DNA of 64,000 bases from Takakia lepidozioides (Eukaryota > Plantae > Bryophyta), in NCBI GenBank assembly GCA_030704615.1, contig CM060733.1, positions 52,328,001 to 52,392,000 on the forward strand, written 5' to 3'. The translations under genes and the position numbers were made by a program. Of the stretch, positions 51,376 through 63,773 are shown in pieces. Within the stretch, counting starts at the first letter, position 1; each line of letters begins with the position of its first letter. The notes below the pieces were generated by a model. That model saw only the letters and a program-made list of their open reading frames with translations. It had not been told where the DNA came from and searched no databases.

Positions 51376-52745
51376 GGCTGCAACCTAAGGAGGAATTGTG
51401 TTAGAGACGGTCTGCTAAATGCAAATGAAGAAGAGCAAGCAAAAAAGGAAATGAAGGTCTGGCGGTGAAGAAGTCTGGTGAAGTTGATACCACTTCGGCG
51501 ACGACGGGCACGCGGCCTTTGAAGAGCGGGCGGGCGCTACAAACGAATCGTCGAGTCGAAGAGGCAGAAACCGCGAAGCGCAACACACCGTGCAGTCGCA
51601 AAGTGGAGAGACGCGAAAGACGCAAGAGGAGGAAGAGGCGAGGACCCCAACGTAACGGCTCACTGCTAAGCATGACAGGAGCACGCGTGCGACCGCCGAG
51701 GCCATGCACGTCGGCCATTGGACTGCCGTCGAAACATCAAACGTCCTGGAGGCACAATAATGGCCGCCGCCAAGGACTTTCATGGTCTGCCCTAAGTCTC
51801 CACCAAAATGGTCTGCCAAAAGGGTCTGTGGCACTGGTCTGTCGCATCCGTGAGGCAAAGATTGTCTGCACTCGGTCTGCCGTCGGGGTCTGACCAGAGT
51901 TCTCCAGGCTGGTCTGTTGGTTCGGTCTTCTTGTCTAGACTGGCATGGTGCACTCTTCTCTTCTCCTGCTCTGCCCATCTAGTCTGCCCTCTGTTTGCAG
52001 TGTGTCCCCACCCGTTTCACCATTCAATGGTCCCTCGGCTGGGTCTCTGCATCCCCGCACTGTCATGGTAACACTTGGAAGGTCCACTGGTTCGTTGCAC
52101 AAAAAATTCTGCCACACATGCCCATTTCGTCCTGCATCGATGGGTCCACCTGCAAACAACATCCAAGAGACGGAACTCGGGAGGAAATCGGATTTTATAC
52201 AGCCAGCCATGCACATATGCTTCCGCTATTTTTGCAATGTCATTCCACACATGCTATATGGAGGACAAGCCTCGAACAAGACAGTGTGACAAGGGAAAGG
52301 CCGATTCTCAATTGTCATACTTGTTAGCAAAGGCCTAAATACTTCCATTCAAGTCTGCACTGTAGACTCAATGTAACTCACTTCCCCGCGCTCAAACAAT
52401 CCCACGAATAGGCGAACAACAAAGCAAAAATAGTAGAAGCATATGAACAAAAGAGGCTGTGGCTTGAAACGATGGACTCCGACGTTGCCAGAGAGTCCAT
52501 GGAGTCATGCAAAGGGATTCTTCACAACCGCCGAGTCTGTTGGTTCTAAACAGTCAAGCAACAAACAACAGCAAGCAACACGAGAAAAAAAACAAAAAAA
52601 CAAAGGGGGTCTGAGGAGATCGGCGAGTGCCATGGCATGCCCTAAATCCGGACGGTCTGGATAAAACCGGATCTGGACGGGCAGATGCGCGCCACGCAGG
52701 TATGGTCTGTTGTGCTGGTCTGGGGTGGTCTGCCGGACGACATGC

Positions 52746-52998
52746 GCAGACCGAGCTTGGGCAGACCCCAGCAAGGGCAGACCCACTAGGGACCCGATGG
52801 CGGGCGGACCCAGCGGCGAGGGCGGGCGGGCGGGGCCGCGGTCCGGGGCAGGCTGGGCGGCGTGCGGGCAGGGCCGCAGTGCGCGGCTGGGAGGTGGGGG
52901 TGGGCGGGGCAGGGGAGGGCGACCCCGCGTCCGTGCGGGCGTGCGCACCCTGTCCCACACGCGCGACATAAACTCCCAATTATTCAAAAATGAGAGGC
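52746..52998 (-). repeat. Right TIR of outer MULE (GC-rich)
   Basis: Inverted copy of 29637-29866, with an extra short GGGCAGACCC duplication near its inner end. Confidence 0.93.
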
Positions 52999-53500
52999 TA
53001 TGGTACCCGGTTGTGCAAGCCTCACACATAAGAAAACACGTTAATAAAGTTTTCCAGGGCCACTCTGGGAGTCTGTCCCTGTTTATAAATAAATAAAATT
53101 TGAGGAAGAAAACATTGATATACGGTAACCTGACGCACGCGTGCTTCATCGGCTTCGGGATCCTCCTCGTATCGAGCTTCCCCCGCTTTTTTTTTTTGAA
53201 AACCGGATGGTGTGGGCCTCTCCTATACCCTGCATGCTTACTCTTTGTGGCAATATTGATTTCACGCCGTCTTTGACTTCATGATTGTCAGGCGCTCTCT
53301 GCACTTTGGTCCCCTCCCTTCTGCTGCATTGCATGGCTAGCAGCGCCGCTCAAACCTCATCACTCCTCCCCTCACCTGGTTTTTCTCACTCATCCTTTTG
53401 CTCTGGTTCCGTCCCTGCTCTCTTTGTTTTGAGTCCTCGCTGCCCTTGTTGCTTCCTGCGTTTTCTATCTGCTATCTCTCGCTTTCTCGCTACGCTCAAG

Positions 53501-54650
53501 ATGGCCTCTTTTGTGTCGGCGGCCCCGGCCATTTCCCCCTACAGGAATAACAACAGGAGGAACTACCGTGACCGTGATCATCGTGATCATAGAGAATACA
53601 GGGTGAGAGACGACCACCAGGAAAATCGTCCCAGACAGCGCGCCGCCCACAGAAGAGGTAACTCAACGGATACTGGAGTCCTCGGTGCGGGCCCGTCTCA
53701 GATGCCCCGTTCTTCAGATCCCATCTTGGTCTGGAGCGACAAAGCGGGTCTGGAGGATGAAGCCCAAGAGATTCTCAATCTGGATTTGAACATTGTAAAG
53801 GATCACTCGCAACTCCTATCGGAGCAAGGAGTTCTGGTTTACTTCCCCGGAAGATTAGAGATCGTTTTTGGGCCCGTGGGTGGGCTTCTGAGCACTTTGG
53901 GTCGAACAGTGCCACGTGCAGTCGTGAATACTGGCAGTCATACATTCCTACATCCCACTCCTACATCCCCCTCGGCATCGGCTTCTATTCAATCGTCTTC
54001 TCTTCGGCCCTGTCAAGGCCCTTCAGTTCAATGTTAAGCGCTCCAAACACAGGGTTCATCTCTTCCCATGGTCTCCCGAATGGGGGCATAAAGTTGGTAA
54101 AACGTGTAGACCCAGAGTTTGGGCCCTCCCCTACCTCCCCGGGAACTATCTCCGTTCCTTGCTTGAGATAGGGGCTTGCTTATATAAGGATGGAGGGGTC
54201 CCTCAAATTGTCTTGATGCCAGATTCGGCCCCTATCTGCTCCTCTACTAAACTCCCGACGTTAGACAAGTCTTTTGTTACTGTGCTTGTCAAGGAAATTG
54301 TCCTTGCCATCATCTATCACCATTGCAATTCTGAAGGTCATGTGAGGTCCAACTGTCCGATTCTGGCTGCCAGTCGCAACAAAAAGACAGTTCATCGCAA
54401 TTCAATTTTGACTCCACCAGGGGCTTGGATGCTCAAGAACAGTTTCCTGCATCCTCGAGGAAGCAAATGGATATCTCGCCTCCAGTCCCACCTCTTGCCA
54501 AACGCCAGAGAGAGCGCTCGTCACTTATGCATTCCCCGATCAATCCCCGTGTTTTTCTCCTTCCCTCAAAGTCGCCCATCTCCAATTGCAAATCGGAAGA
54601 CATCCCGGCGCTCTTCCCTCTCGAGTCACCTAACGGCATTCAGAGCCTAG
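53501..54650 (+). pseudogene. Degenerate LINE (L1-type) ORF1 remnant (DUF4283-like + zinc knuckle)
   Basis: Frameshifted fragments GVLVYFPGRL, VHLFPWSPEW and a degenerate CX2CX4HX4C knuckle (YHHCNSEGHVRSNCP). No endonuclease/RT follows. Confidence 0.55.
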
Positions 54651-54949
54651 CTTCATTCTGTCTTCAACTTCAGTCTTTTGCGGATGCCTCGCTTGATGAT
54701 GCCTCTTACCTCTGTGGAACCCAAGCTGTGGCAATCAACATCTCGCCAATCCTGCTGGGTTTTCCTGATGGGGTCAAGTCAATTTTGCTCACAGCGGCAA
54801 ACAAATTCACCACTTCCTGGATCACTAAGAAAGATGTATATTTGTGAGGAATTGCAGCGTTTGCTTGAACTTCTTCCAGCCACCGCGCTGCTGCCTCCTC
54901 CATCCGGGAGCTGCTGTCATTGATCGTACTCCGCTACTCTTTTTCAAGG

Positions 54950-55459
54950 ATGCCATGCTGCCGAAATCCTGCTGACTGCCCTTATCATGGCCACGATTAT
55001 GCTATGTTCAAACCAGAATCAGGAGACATCATTGTCTGGCTCTCTGTTTTCACAGACGCTTCTGGAATCAAGCGAGAGTCTTTGCGCGCAATGGAGTATT
55101 TGGAGGGCTATTACCGCTTTGAGCGGGGTGAGGGCGAGGGTCAATGCGGTCCGTGGGTCCTGAAAATTGTTGACCTCGATATACAAAGGTGGAATGGGAT
55201 GCCGGACAGATCACGCACGGCCTCGCTTTGGCGCTGGAATTGCTGCCAGTGGACTAGGGAGGACGGCACTGGGGAAAACTATATTCGTGGAGTTCACTCC
55301 GCTCTTCCAGTGTATGGAGACATTCGGCTGAGTTGCAAAGACGAATCGCACGGGCACATGAGGCCCACAGTGACCTTGTCAATGTATGATGGTGGTATGA
55401 TTGATGGGCATAACATTGTCGTCAGCTCCACCAAGGGCACCAGAACGACCGCATTGTAG
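54950..55459 (+). CDS. Hypothetical 169-aa ORF of unknown function
   Basis: Uninterrupted ATG-initiated ORF with globular-protein-like composition, followed by AATAAA at ~55598. No family recognised. Confidence 0.3.
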   Translation: MPCCRNPADCPYHGHDYAMFKPESGDIIVWLSVFTDASGIKRESLRAMEYLEGYYRFERGEGEGQCGPWVLKIVDLDIQRWNGMPDRSRTASLWRWNCCQWTREDGTGENYIRGVHSALPVYGDIRLSCKDESHGHMRPTVTLSMYDGGMIDGHNIVVSSTKGTRTTAL

Positions 55460-55798
55460 TTTACCTCGAGGTGCCGCATCAGTAATGAGCTTGTTTTGAG
55501 GGCTATCAAAGTTCCTTCGAATTGGTGACGCCCATGTAGAAGGAGGAAGGGCTTAGATTTGTCTGGAATTGCTAAATGTGAGACACTGTGTTCGATCAAT
55601 AAAACAACCCATCGTACCTCACTTCTGTGTGCTTGTGTTTCATTGTGTTCAAGAACTGCCGTAATTGGCCCACTGTTTACAATTTGTGGTCTCATTTCTA
55701 CAATGTGTCTGTCCAGATGAATATACCAGAGTCAGCGATATCCTGAGGTGAAGGAAATCCATGTATGAGTAAAAGGAAACATGTACATGCCGAAGCTC

Positions 55799-56612
55799 GG
55801 AAACTCGGCACCGCATTTCATTTTTCTCCATGCAGCGATTTCTGGCAGCTCTTTTTCCTCCGTTGTGGTCGTAACGGAAATGTTGTACCGCATTTCATTT
55901 CTTGACATGGCATTACCATACTTCGAATTGGAAATTGGACCTTGAATTGTCCAAGCATGTCCAATCGCCAATGCTTGTCCATGTCCATACTGGAAATGCG
56001 GCACCGCATTTCCATGTCCGTCATCGAAATTCCGTACCGGACAATGGAATGCGGCACCGCATTTCCGGAGAGCACAATGGAATGCGGTGCCGCATTTCCG
56101 TCGAAGGGTCTGGAATTGGACAAACAACGATGTCCGTTCTGAAAATGCGGCACCGCATTTCCATGTCCGTCATCAAAATTTCGTATTGGACAATGGAATG
56201 CGGCGCCGCATTTCCATCCAACTAGACGGAATACTCACACGGGTATGGAATTGGACAAACAACGATGTGGGCCTTGGAAATGCGGCCGCATTTCCATGTT
56301 TGGCAATTGAAAGTTCTTATTGGACAATGGAATGCGGTGCCGCATTTCCGACCAGCACGATGGAATGCGGTGCCACATTTCCGTCCAGCACGATGGAATG
56401 CGGTGCCACATTTCCGTCCAGCACGATGGAATGTGGTGCCGCATTTCCGTCCAAGGGTCTGGAATTGGACAAACAATGATGTCCGTTCTGGAAATGCGGC
56501 AGGCATTTCCATGTCCGTCATCAAAATTTCGTATTGAACAATGGAATGCGGTGCCGCATTTCCGTCCAAGGGTCTGGAATTGGACAAACAACGATGTCCG
56601 TTCTGGAAATGC
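55799..56612. repeat. Array of ~13 palindromic GGA(A)ATGCGG-NN-CCGCATTTCC units (probable subterminal repeats of a DNA transposon)
   Basis: Copies at ~55992, 56046, 56079, 56141, 56195, 56276, 56329, 56362, 56395, 56428, 56490 and 56543, a half-copy at 56605, and degenerate copies near 55800 and 55876. Spacers recur (GGAATTGGACAAACAACGATGT; ATGTCCGTCATC). Confidence 0.9.
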
Positions 56613-57540
56613 TTCAGGGAGATTTGGAGTCCCATCAGGATTGGACTTCCACATCTTAACGCTGGAGTTTGTAGGAAGCCACTCCGAATCAGTAGCTGAC
56701 TTCTTGTACTTCATAACGGGCCAGCCATCCACATCCTTAAAAAATCGAAAGACGTGCATCTCTGAGATCCCGACCAAAGCCTCATTTCCATCATGAATAC
56801 AACCCTTAACAAACTTCTTGAAGTCGGGAACCTCCTGTATGATTTGAGGAATGAATTGCATATCTTGGGAGATCATGAATGACCTCATCAAATCCGGAAG
56901 AATGTAGGTGCTGCGTTCCTTTAGCTTCTTCGAGAGATAGCTAAAGAATCCGCCAATATCCTCATGGGTGTGCCCGACCATGAGAAAACCAAGCCGGATC
57001 TCTTCAAAAACATCTTTGGCAGTGAGGAGGGATATGAAAGCAAGCATCCATCTGTTCTTATTGTCCTTGGAGGAGTTGTCCATCTGCAAATAAAGTCGTC
57101 TAGGAAGTGGTCGAGTACCACGTTTATTGTGCGGCCTGCAGGGTTTCAGAGCCTCCAAACATCTCGATTTACCTCTCATGAGCGTTTCAAAAAAATCATT
57201 TTGAACTTCAGTGTCGAAAATGTTCCTGGATTCCCGACATGTCGGCTTTTCCAGTTGGCACAGGCACCGAGCCAGTGACCCAATTGTGAAGTTTGAATTG
57301 TCTTTCCAGAACTCAAGGGAAAATTGAGCGTAAGCTCCATCTCCGTGTCCATGCGTAACCATTCCTGTCAATGAGACAGACAACTGACCCAATCCCGAGA
57401 CCATCTTGTTCGTCATCTGTAGCCTCGGAATAGCCGTTTTCCTATTATCCATCTTATCATGAATAATACATAGGAACTCCTCCGGAACCATAACGGACTC
57501 ATTCCTCCAGCTATGGTACAACCTTCTGCATGACTCTTGA
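56612..57540 (-). pseudogene. Sola-like (DUF7869-type) RNase H-fold transposase fragment, interrupted by the LTR element
   Basis: IIHDKMD, LYLQMDNSSKDNKNRWMLAF, FLMVGHTHEDIG-FFS. The ORF is cut at 57540 by the LTR and runs into the repeat array at 56612. Confidence 0.7.
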
Positions 57541-58265
57541 TGTCGCGGCCCTTTGCCTTGAGGGCAGGGGGTCGGGACACATGAGGGGCTGCCCCTGTGG
57601 TGGGGGCAGCGGCAGCGATAGGTATGGGGGGCTGAAGCACCCTTGAGTGCCCAAGGCACTCAAGGAGGCGGAGGCGCTCACTAGGTGGAGCCCCGCACAC
57701 CGGGTTGCGGTGGAGGTGGCTCCACAAGGGGTGGTGGTAGCTTAGTGGGACTTAGTGGGGGTGGCATAGGACTCACCATGGGGTGGAGACCTCGAGGTGG
57801 GAGTCGTGGGGAGTCTTGGGACTCATCACGGTCCATTGGGGCCGCGGTGAGTGGGCCAAGACTCACCGCGACTCACCACCGGGAGTCGAGGGTTTTCGTG
57901 GTGGTTCGCCATAAAATGGCATGGCTGGTTATGAAACCCCCGCGGACAGCTACAGAAGTATATATAGGGAGTAGTAACCCCGAGAACGGTGCAAGCCCGT
58001 TGGTGACCAAAAACTAGTGAGTAAGCGAGCGAGCCGGAAAGCGACCAAAGAGTGGGGAGCTGTTCCGGACTGCCATCTACCAAAGGGAATTCTCCTAGTC
58101 CCAAACAGGTGGAGGGTTTTAGAGGGAAGCGAAAGGGGACCGTTATGTCCCGGTGAGCAGCCGAAACTCCAAGTTGGCCCGGCGGCCAGGTTGGGAGTCA
58201 GGCGCGCGCATCGAAGCGAGTAACTATGACTTGAAGGGGAGTTTACCGAAGTGAGGTGTGCGACA
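57541..58265 (+). repeat. 5' LTR (725 bp)
   Basis: Starts TGTCGC and ends GCGACA. The first 215 bp match 63786-64000. Confidence 0.95.
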
Positions 58266-58267
58266 CT

Positions 58268-58279
58268 TGGTATCAGAGC
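58268..58279 (+). other. Primer-binding site for initiator tRNA-Met
   Basis: TGGTATCAGAGC, 2 nt after the LTR end. Confidence 0.95.
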
Positions 58280-58320
58280 TTAGAGTACAGTACGCGATTG
58301 TCCTTGGGATTGGCCTCATC

Positions 58321-61300
58321 ATGGGGTCGGGCAAGCCGAAGCGAAAGCGGAACGGCCCAAAAGATGATGATCCCGGTGAGCCCGATGGGGGCGACGTGTC
58401 ACCGAGGCGGCCGTTTGAGGAAGCGATGAATGTTTCCGAAAACGAGGCCGCTCAGGAGCGGGAGGAATCCGAGGAGTCGGAGCCCGAGGAATCTTTGAGA
58501 GCTCCGACAAACCAAGAGATGCCTCCCATGCCGGCAGCCTTTTGGGAAGGGTTGTTGGCGCAATTTGGCGGGACGTTGAAAGACGTGTTGAAGGCGGCTA
58601 ATGCCACTTCCACTAAGGCAAAGTTTAAGGTGAAGCCTAAGGAACCCGGCACCTTCGAGGGCGTTCGAAACCGGAAGGCACTCAACACCTGGCTCCTGGA
58701 GCTAGAGCAGTACTTCCGGGCGGCCAAGTTGAGTGACGAGGATCGGGTGGAAGTGGCTCCCACCTATTTGAGGGGCTATGCTCAACAATGGTGGCAGAAA
58801 CGCCTTCACGACCGAGGCCCAAGCCCGGAAACCTTGAACTGGAGTGGGTTCAAGGAATTGATGAAGAGACAATTTGTGCCCCTCAACGCATCCTGGCTTG
58901 CCCGGGACAAGATGAGGAATTTGAAGCAAACAGATGACATTCGGGGGTATGTCCAGGCCTTCAATGTGCTGTTGCTCGAAGTCGCGGACATGGCAGAACC
59001 AGAAATGGTCTTCAACTTTGTGGCGGGACTGGCCCCATGGGCTAGGCGGAAGTTGGAGGAGAAGCCACCCAAGACTTTGAACGAGGCAATTGAGAGAGCT
59101 GAATGTTTCTCGAATGTCCCTAGGGGTGAGAGACAAGGCCGTACGGAGCCGAACCACAAGAAGACCCGGCGGGAAGGTGACTCCTCCCGACCGGAAAAGA
59201 AGTGGGATAGGCCACGCGGCGAAAATGGCACGTGGAAATCGAAGGGAGGTCCTTCACACGTCAAGGCGGCACCCGGTGCTGCGAAAGGAAAAGCGGGTGG
59301 AGCGGCTTATGGCGGACAGAAGGCGACCTTTGATGGAGTGTGTTTCAATTGCGGGGAGCCCGGGCACATGGCCAAGAAGTGCACGAAGCCCCGACAATTG
59401 AACATGACTCGGGCGACCACGGAGTTGTCGGAAGATACCATCAGTCGATTGGTGGAAGCGGTGGTCGCCAGGACTTGCAAGGTAGGCATCTATTCTTGTG
59501 AGTTGTATCAGGAAACTGGCGCCCTACGTAAAGGGAGTCAGTTATTGTTCGTGGATGGGATAATATCCGGAACTAACGTGTCATTGTTGGTGGACACAGG
59601 AGCGTCGCACTCCTTCATGACGCCGGCGGCGGCGCGAAAGTTGGGACTCCCGACAAGTGACGTGGGGGAACTCTGGTGCGCTCTGCCAAAGGAGAACCTC
59701 AGTTGGCGACAAGGTTGGCGTTTGATGTTCCTCTTCAACTGGGGAGTTGGGAGGGACGTGAGAACTTCACTATCTGCGAGATCGATGGAGTGGATCTCAT
59801 TTTAGGGATGACCTTTTTGAGCAAATCCGGAGCGGTCATAGATGGCCGCAAGAGAGTAGTCACGCTCCCATGTGGGAATGGTGGCGAGGTTTTACGAGTG
59901 TCGGAAACGCCCAAATCCGTGGGAGGGCGAATAAACCTTCTGTCAGCAAAGGAGTGGGCCGTGGAGGAAACACACGAGTCCCAGTTTTTGCTTTACATTA
60001 GAGAAGTGAAAGGAGAAGGCGATGGGGAGCCGAGCCCAGATTGGATCAAGGGGATTTTGGAGAAATACCAGGATGTAATGCCGGAGGATTTACCAAGTGG
60101 ATTGCCACCGCGAAGAGGAGTTGACCACAAGATTGAGGTGATACCGGGAGCGGGACCGCCTGCCAAGGCGCCCTACCGGTTGAGCCACAGAGAGTTGGTC
60201 GAGCTGAAGACTCAGCTCAAGGATCTAATGTCAAAGGGGTACATCCGGCCGAGTAAGTCACCTTACGGAGCCCCGGTGCTATTTGCAGACAAGAAGGATG
60301 GGACGCTGCGGATGTGTGTCGATTACAGGGCTCTGAATAAGGTGACTATCAAAAACCGGTACCCTTTGCCAAGGATCGACGACCTCTTCGATCGGTTGGC
60401 AGGAGCGAAGTATTTCAGCCGGATCGACTTGCGCTCCGGCTATCACCAAATTCGGGTGGCGGAAGGAGATGAGGAGAAGACCGCGTGCAGGACAAGGTAT
60501 GGTTCATATGAGTTCTTGGTGATGCCTTTTGGGCTCACCAATGCACCAGCGACATTTAGCACGCTGATGAACAGCCTTTTCCAGGAGTGGTTGGATGACT
60601 TTGTGATCGTGTACATCGACGACATCTTGGTGTACTCGAAAACAAAGGAGGAGCACCTAGAGCACCTCAAAAGGGTGTTCCAAAAATTGCGGGAAGGGAA
60701 GCTATATGCCAAAGCTTCAAAGTGCGAATTCGGGGTCACAAAAGTGGAGTTTCTGGGGCATGTGATTACACAGGATGGGATCAAAATGGATGACAGAAAG
60801 GTGAGGGCGATCTTGGACTGGGAGCCTCCGACTTCTGTCCCGGGAGTGCGATCCTTCCTAGGACTCGCCTCCTATTACCGGAAGTATGTGAGAAATTTCG
60901 CCAAGATCGCGGGGCCGCTGTCGGACCTTCTGTGTAAATCCAAAGTCTGGGTATGGAACACATTTTGTGGCCAAGCTTTTGCTGAATTGAAGCAGCGGAT
61001 GACGGAAGCTCCAGTCTTGAAAATCCCGGAGTTCGATCGTCCGTTTGAGATTCATACAGATGCATCGGACTTCGCGATTGGGGGTGTACTTATGCAAGAT
61101 GGACGCCCAGTGGCTTACGAAAGTAAGAAACTGAATGAAGTGGAGCGACGGTGGCCGACGCACGAAAAAGAGATGAAGGCGGTGGTGCATTGCCTTGAAC
61201 TCTGGCGCCACTATGTTGGTTCCAACCCAGTGAAGGTGTTCACGGACAATGTCACGGTGAAGTATTTTGCCACGCAGCCCAAGTTGTCCCCAAAACAACT

Positions 61301-62879
61301 TAGGTGGCAAGATACTTTGGCAGTGTTCGACGTGGATATCCAGTACAAACCGGGACGGGACAATGTGGTGGCCGATGCTTTAAGTAGAAAGCAGCAGCTC
61401 TTGTTGGTGTACAAGGGCGAGACGGCGCTCCAAAGGAAGATCCGGAAGGCTTGCCGGAAGGATGAGCTGGCAAAGTGCGTGATGCAGGACTTGAGAATGG
61501 GGGTTAAATCGCAGTTCCACTTGCAAAACGGACTGCTCCGGTATAAGCAAAAACGTCTCTATGTGCCAAAGGGAGGGATCAGAGATAGCCTCTTGAGAGA
61601 ATGCCATGATAGCCCGCTTGCGGGCCACGGCGGAGCCAAGCGCACTGCGACACTCTTGAAGAAAGAGTATTTCTGGCCCAAATTGAGGGAGGAGGCAGAG
61701 GAGTATGTCAAGACATGCACCACATGCCAACAAAACCGGAGCGAGTACAAAAAGCAAGCGGGGCTGTTACAACCCTTGCCGATTCCAGAGGGGACTTGGG
61801 AAAGCGTCTCGATGGATTTCATGACTGCTATGCCGCTGTCAAAAGGATTCGATGCAATCATGGTGGTGGTGGATAGGTTCAGTAAAATGGCCCATTTCAT
61901 TCCCACCAAGGAGACGGCAACGGCGCAAGAGACAGGGCGACTTTACTTCGCCCACGTCTTAAAGCATCATGGAGTCCCGAAGGATATTGTCTCGGACCGC
62001 GATCCAAAGTTTACGAGTAAATTCTGGAGAGCACTTTGGAAGAAGATGGGGACGAGGCTGAAGATGAGCACCGCCTTCCGACCTACGACGGACGGCCAAA
62101 CGGAAAGAGTGAATTCCGTAGTGAAGCAATTCTTGCGGAATTACGTGTCGGCAGACCAATCAGACTGGATGGAACACTTAGACGCGGCAGAGTTCTGTTA
62201 TAATAACACAGAACACTCCGCGACGGGAGTTTCCCCTTTTGTGTTGGTCTATGGAAAAGCACCTCTGGTGCCGACAAGTTGGGCCGCCCAGGACGTTGAG
62301 GAACCGGCAGTAGCGGCGGTACTGGAAGAACGCGAGCGTTTGTTGAAGCTCGCAAAGTACAACATTGCCAAAGCTAGGAAACGGTGTGAAAGGCAGGCGA
62401 ATCGGAAGCGGAGGGAAGTGAAGTTTGAGGCAGGCACAGAGGTCTGGTTGAACATCAAGAATTTTCGACTACCTCCGGAAGTGAGTCCGAAGTTCGTACC
62501 TCCGTATGCGGGCCCCTTTCGCATTCGGAGGGTTATGAATGAGGATGTGTATGAATTGGAGCTGCCGGCAAACACCAAGGTGCACCCAGTATTCCATGTC
62601 TCCCTTTTGAAGCCTTACTTCAAAGATGAAGCACATCCGAATCGGCATCAAGTGTTGCGTCCGCCACCTATGCTGTTGGATCATGAAAATGAACCTGAGT
62701 ACGAGGTGGAGGCAATACTGAAGTCGAGGAGGTTCAAGAACCGAGAAACGGAGTATCTCGTCAAATGGAAGGGCTATCATCTTGTGGAGGCATCTTGGGT
62801 GCGTGCCTCAGAAATGGGAAACGCATCCGAGGCGGTTGCAGCTTTCGAAGGGCGACCTCAAAAGCGGAAGAAGCGTTGA
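58321..62879 (+). CDS. Gag-Pol polyprotein with a single frameshift at ~59664-59668
   Basis: Gag with [14 protein letters not shown] knuckle; protease LVDTGASH and DLILGM; RT YIDD; RNase H TDASD; integrase HHCC, DDE and GPF; chromodomain EYEVEAIL...YLVKWKGY...SW. Confidence 0.93.
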
Positions 62880-63773
62880 TGGGGACATCAACCTTGGAGC
62901 GTGGGGGAGGAAATGCATGCTTAGCCCGGTTTAGCTAGCTCGGGAATCCGATTGCAAAAACTTGTATTGTACAAAAATTTGTTATAAAGGAAATGGGTTC
63001 CAAATATTGTGCGTCCTATTGTGTTTGGAATGGGGATGCATGGTGTGGTTGACTGGTGTGTAAGATGCATGCTAGCTTACAAAAGTGGGAGAGGTAAATT
63101 GGGTTAATCGTGTGTTTGCACAGTGCCGAAATCGGGTGACTCCCATCCAAGGGGCAAGGAAACTTGCGCCTTATTTGGGAGTTCACGTGCTAGTGCGCAC
63201 CTGGCGCGTGCGCGTACTATAACTGCGCTACCGAGGGGGTTGCCTTGTAGTGCGGGCTAACGCGGAAGCTACGTGCTTCCGTTCACGTACTATAATCGTG
63301 TAGCCTCGGGACGAAGTCGTAGTGCGGCTTCGGCGTGTTCCCGTACCTCAGGCCAGCATTCCAAGGCGGACCCAATTGTAGTGATTGGGGCGCACGGTTG
63401 GTTCAAGGTTATCTTCCTAGTCAAAGAGGGTTCCAGGTGAACCCTCGCTCAAGGTGATGCCAAAAGCGGCATCATGAGCGATCGCAAGCAATGTTGTTGC
63501 AGTAAGGCGATTCGATCCTCGGGGAGGATCGTTCCTTGGCCTTGAAATAGGCCAAGAAGAGTGCACTGGGAGGAGCTGGAGAGGCTCCACCCTTGGCCGG
63601 GACTTGGAGGAAGTCGGTCAAACTAGCTAGTGGAGAGTAGAGTCAAGTGTGGGGTTTGGTTCTTTGCCATGGGACGCCATGGTACGGAAACAAACTCCTT
63701 GATGTGGGACGCCACAACTTGGATGTTCGTTTCTACAAAATGGACAAGTCGATGAGGACATCGACTCCCTGTT

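Larger units (their letters stand above)
29637..52998. mobile_element. Large (23.4 kb) Mutator-like DNA transposon (outer MULE) with transposase and Ulp1-protease cargo
   Basis: TIRs begin GCCTCTCATTTTTGAATAATTGGGAGTTTA at 29637, with the reverse complement ending at 52998. Identical 9-bp flanks TATGGTACC at 29628-29636 and 52999-53007. MULE/SWIM transposase motifs inside. Confidence 0.95.

Noticed and set aside
55799-56612. Second CRISPR-like array
   Set aside because: Spacers are repeated rather than unique, and the context is a eukaryotic DNA transposon.
56235-57659. 474-aa ORF as an intact protein
   Set aside because: The N-terminus is antisense LTR sequence and the C-terminus is repeat read-through. 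Only 56612-57540 is transposase-derived.
58452-62780. Antisense ORFs within gag-pol
   Set aside because: Shadow frames of a long coding region with no independent motifs.
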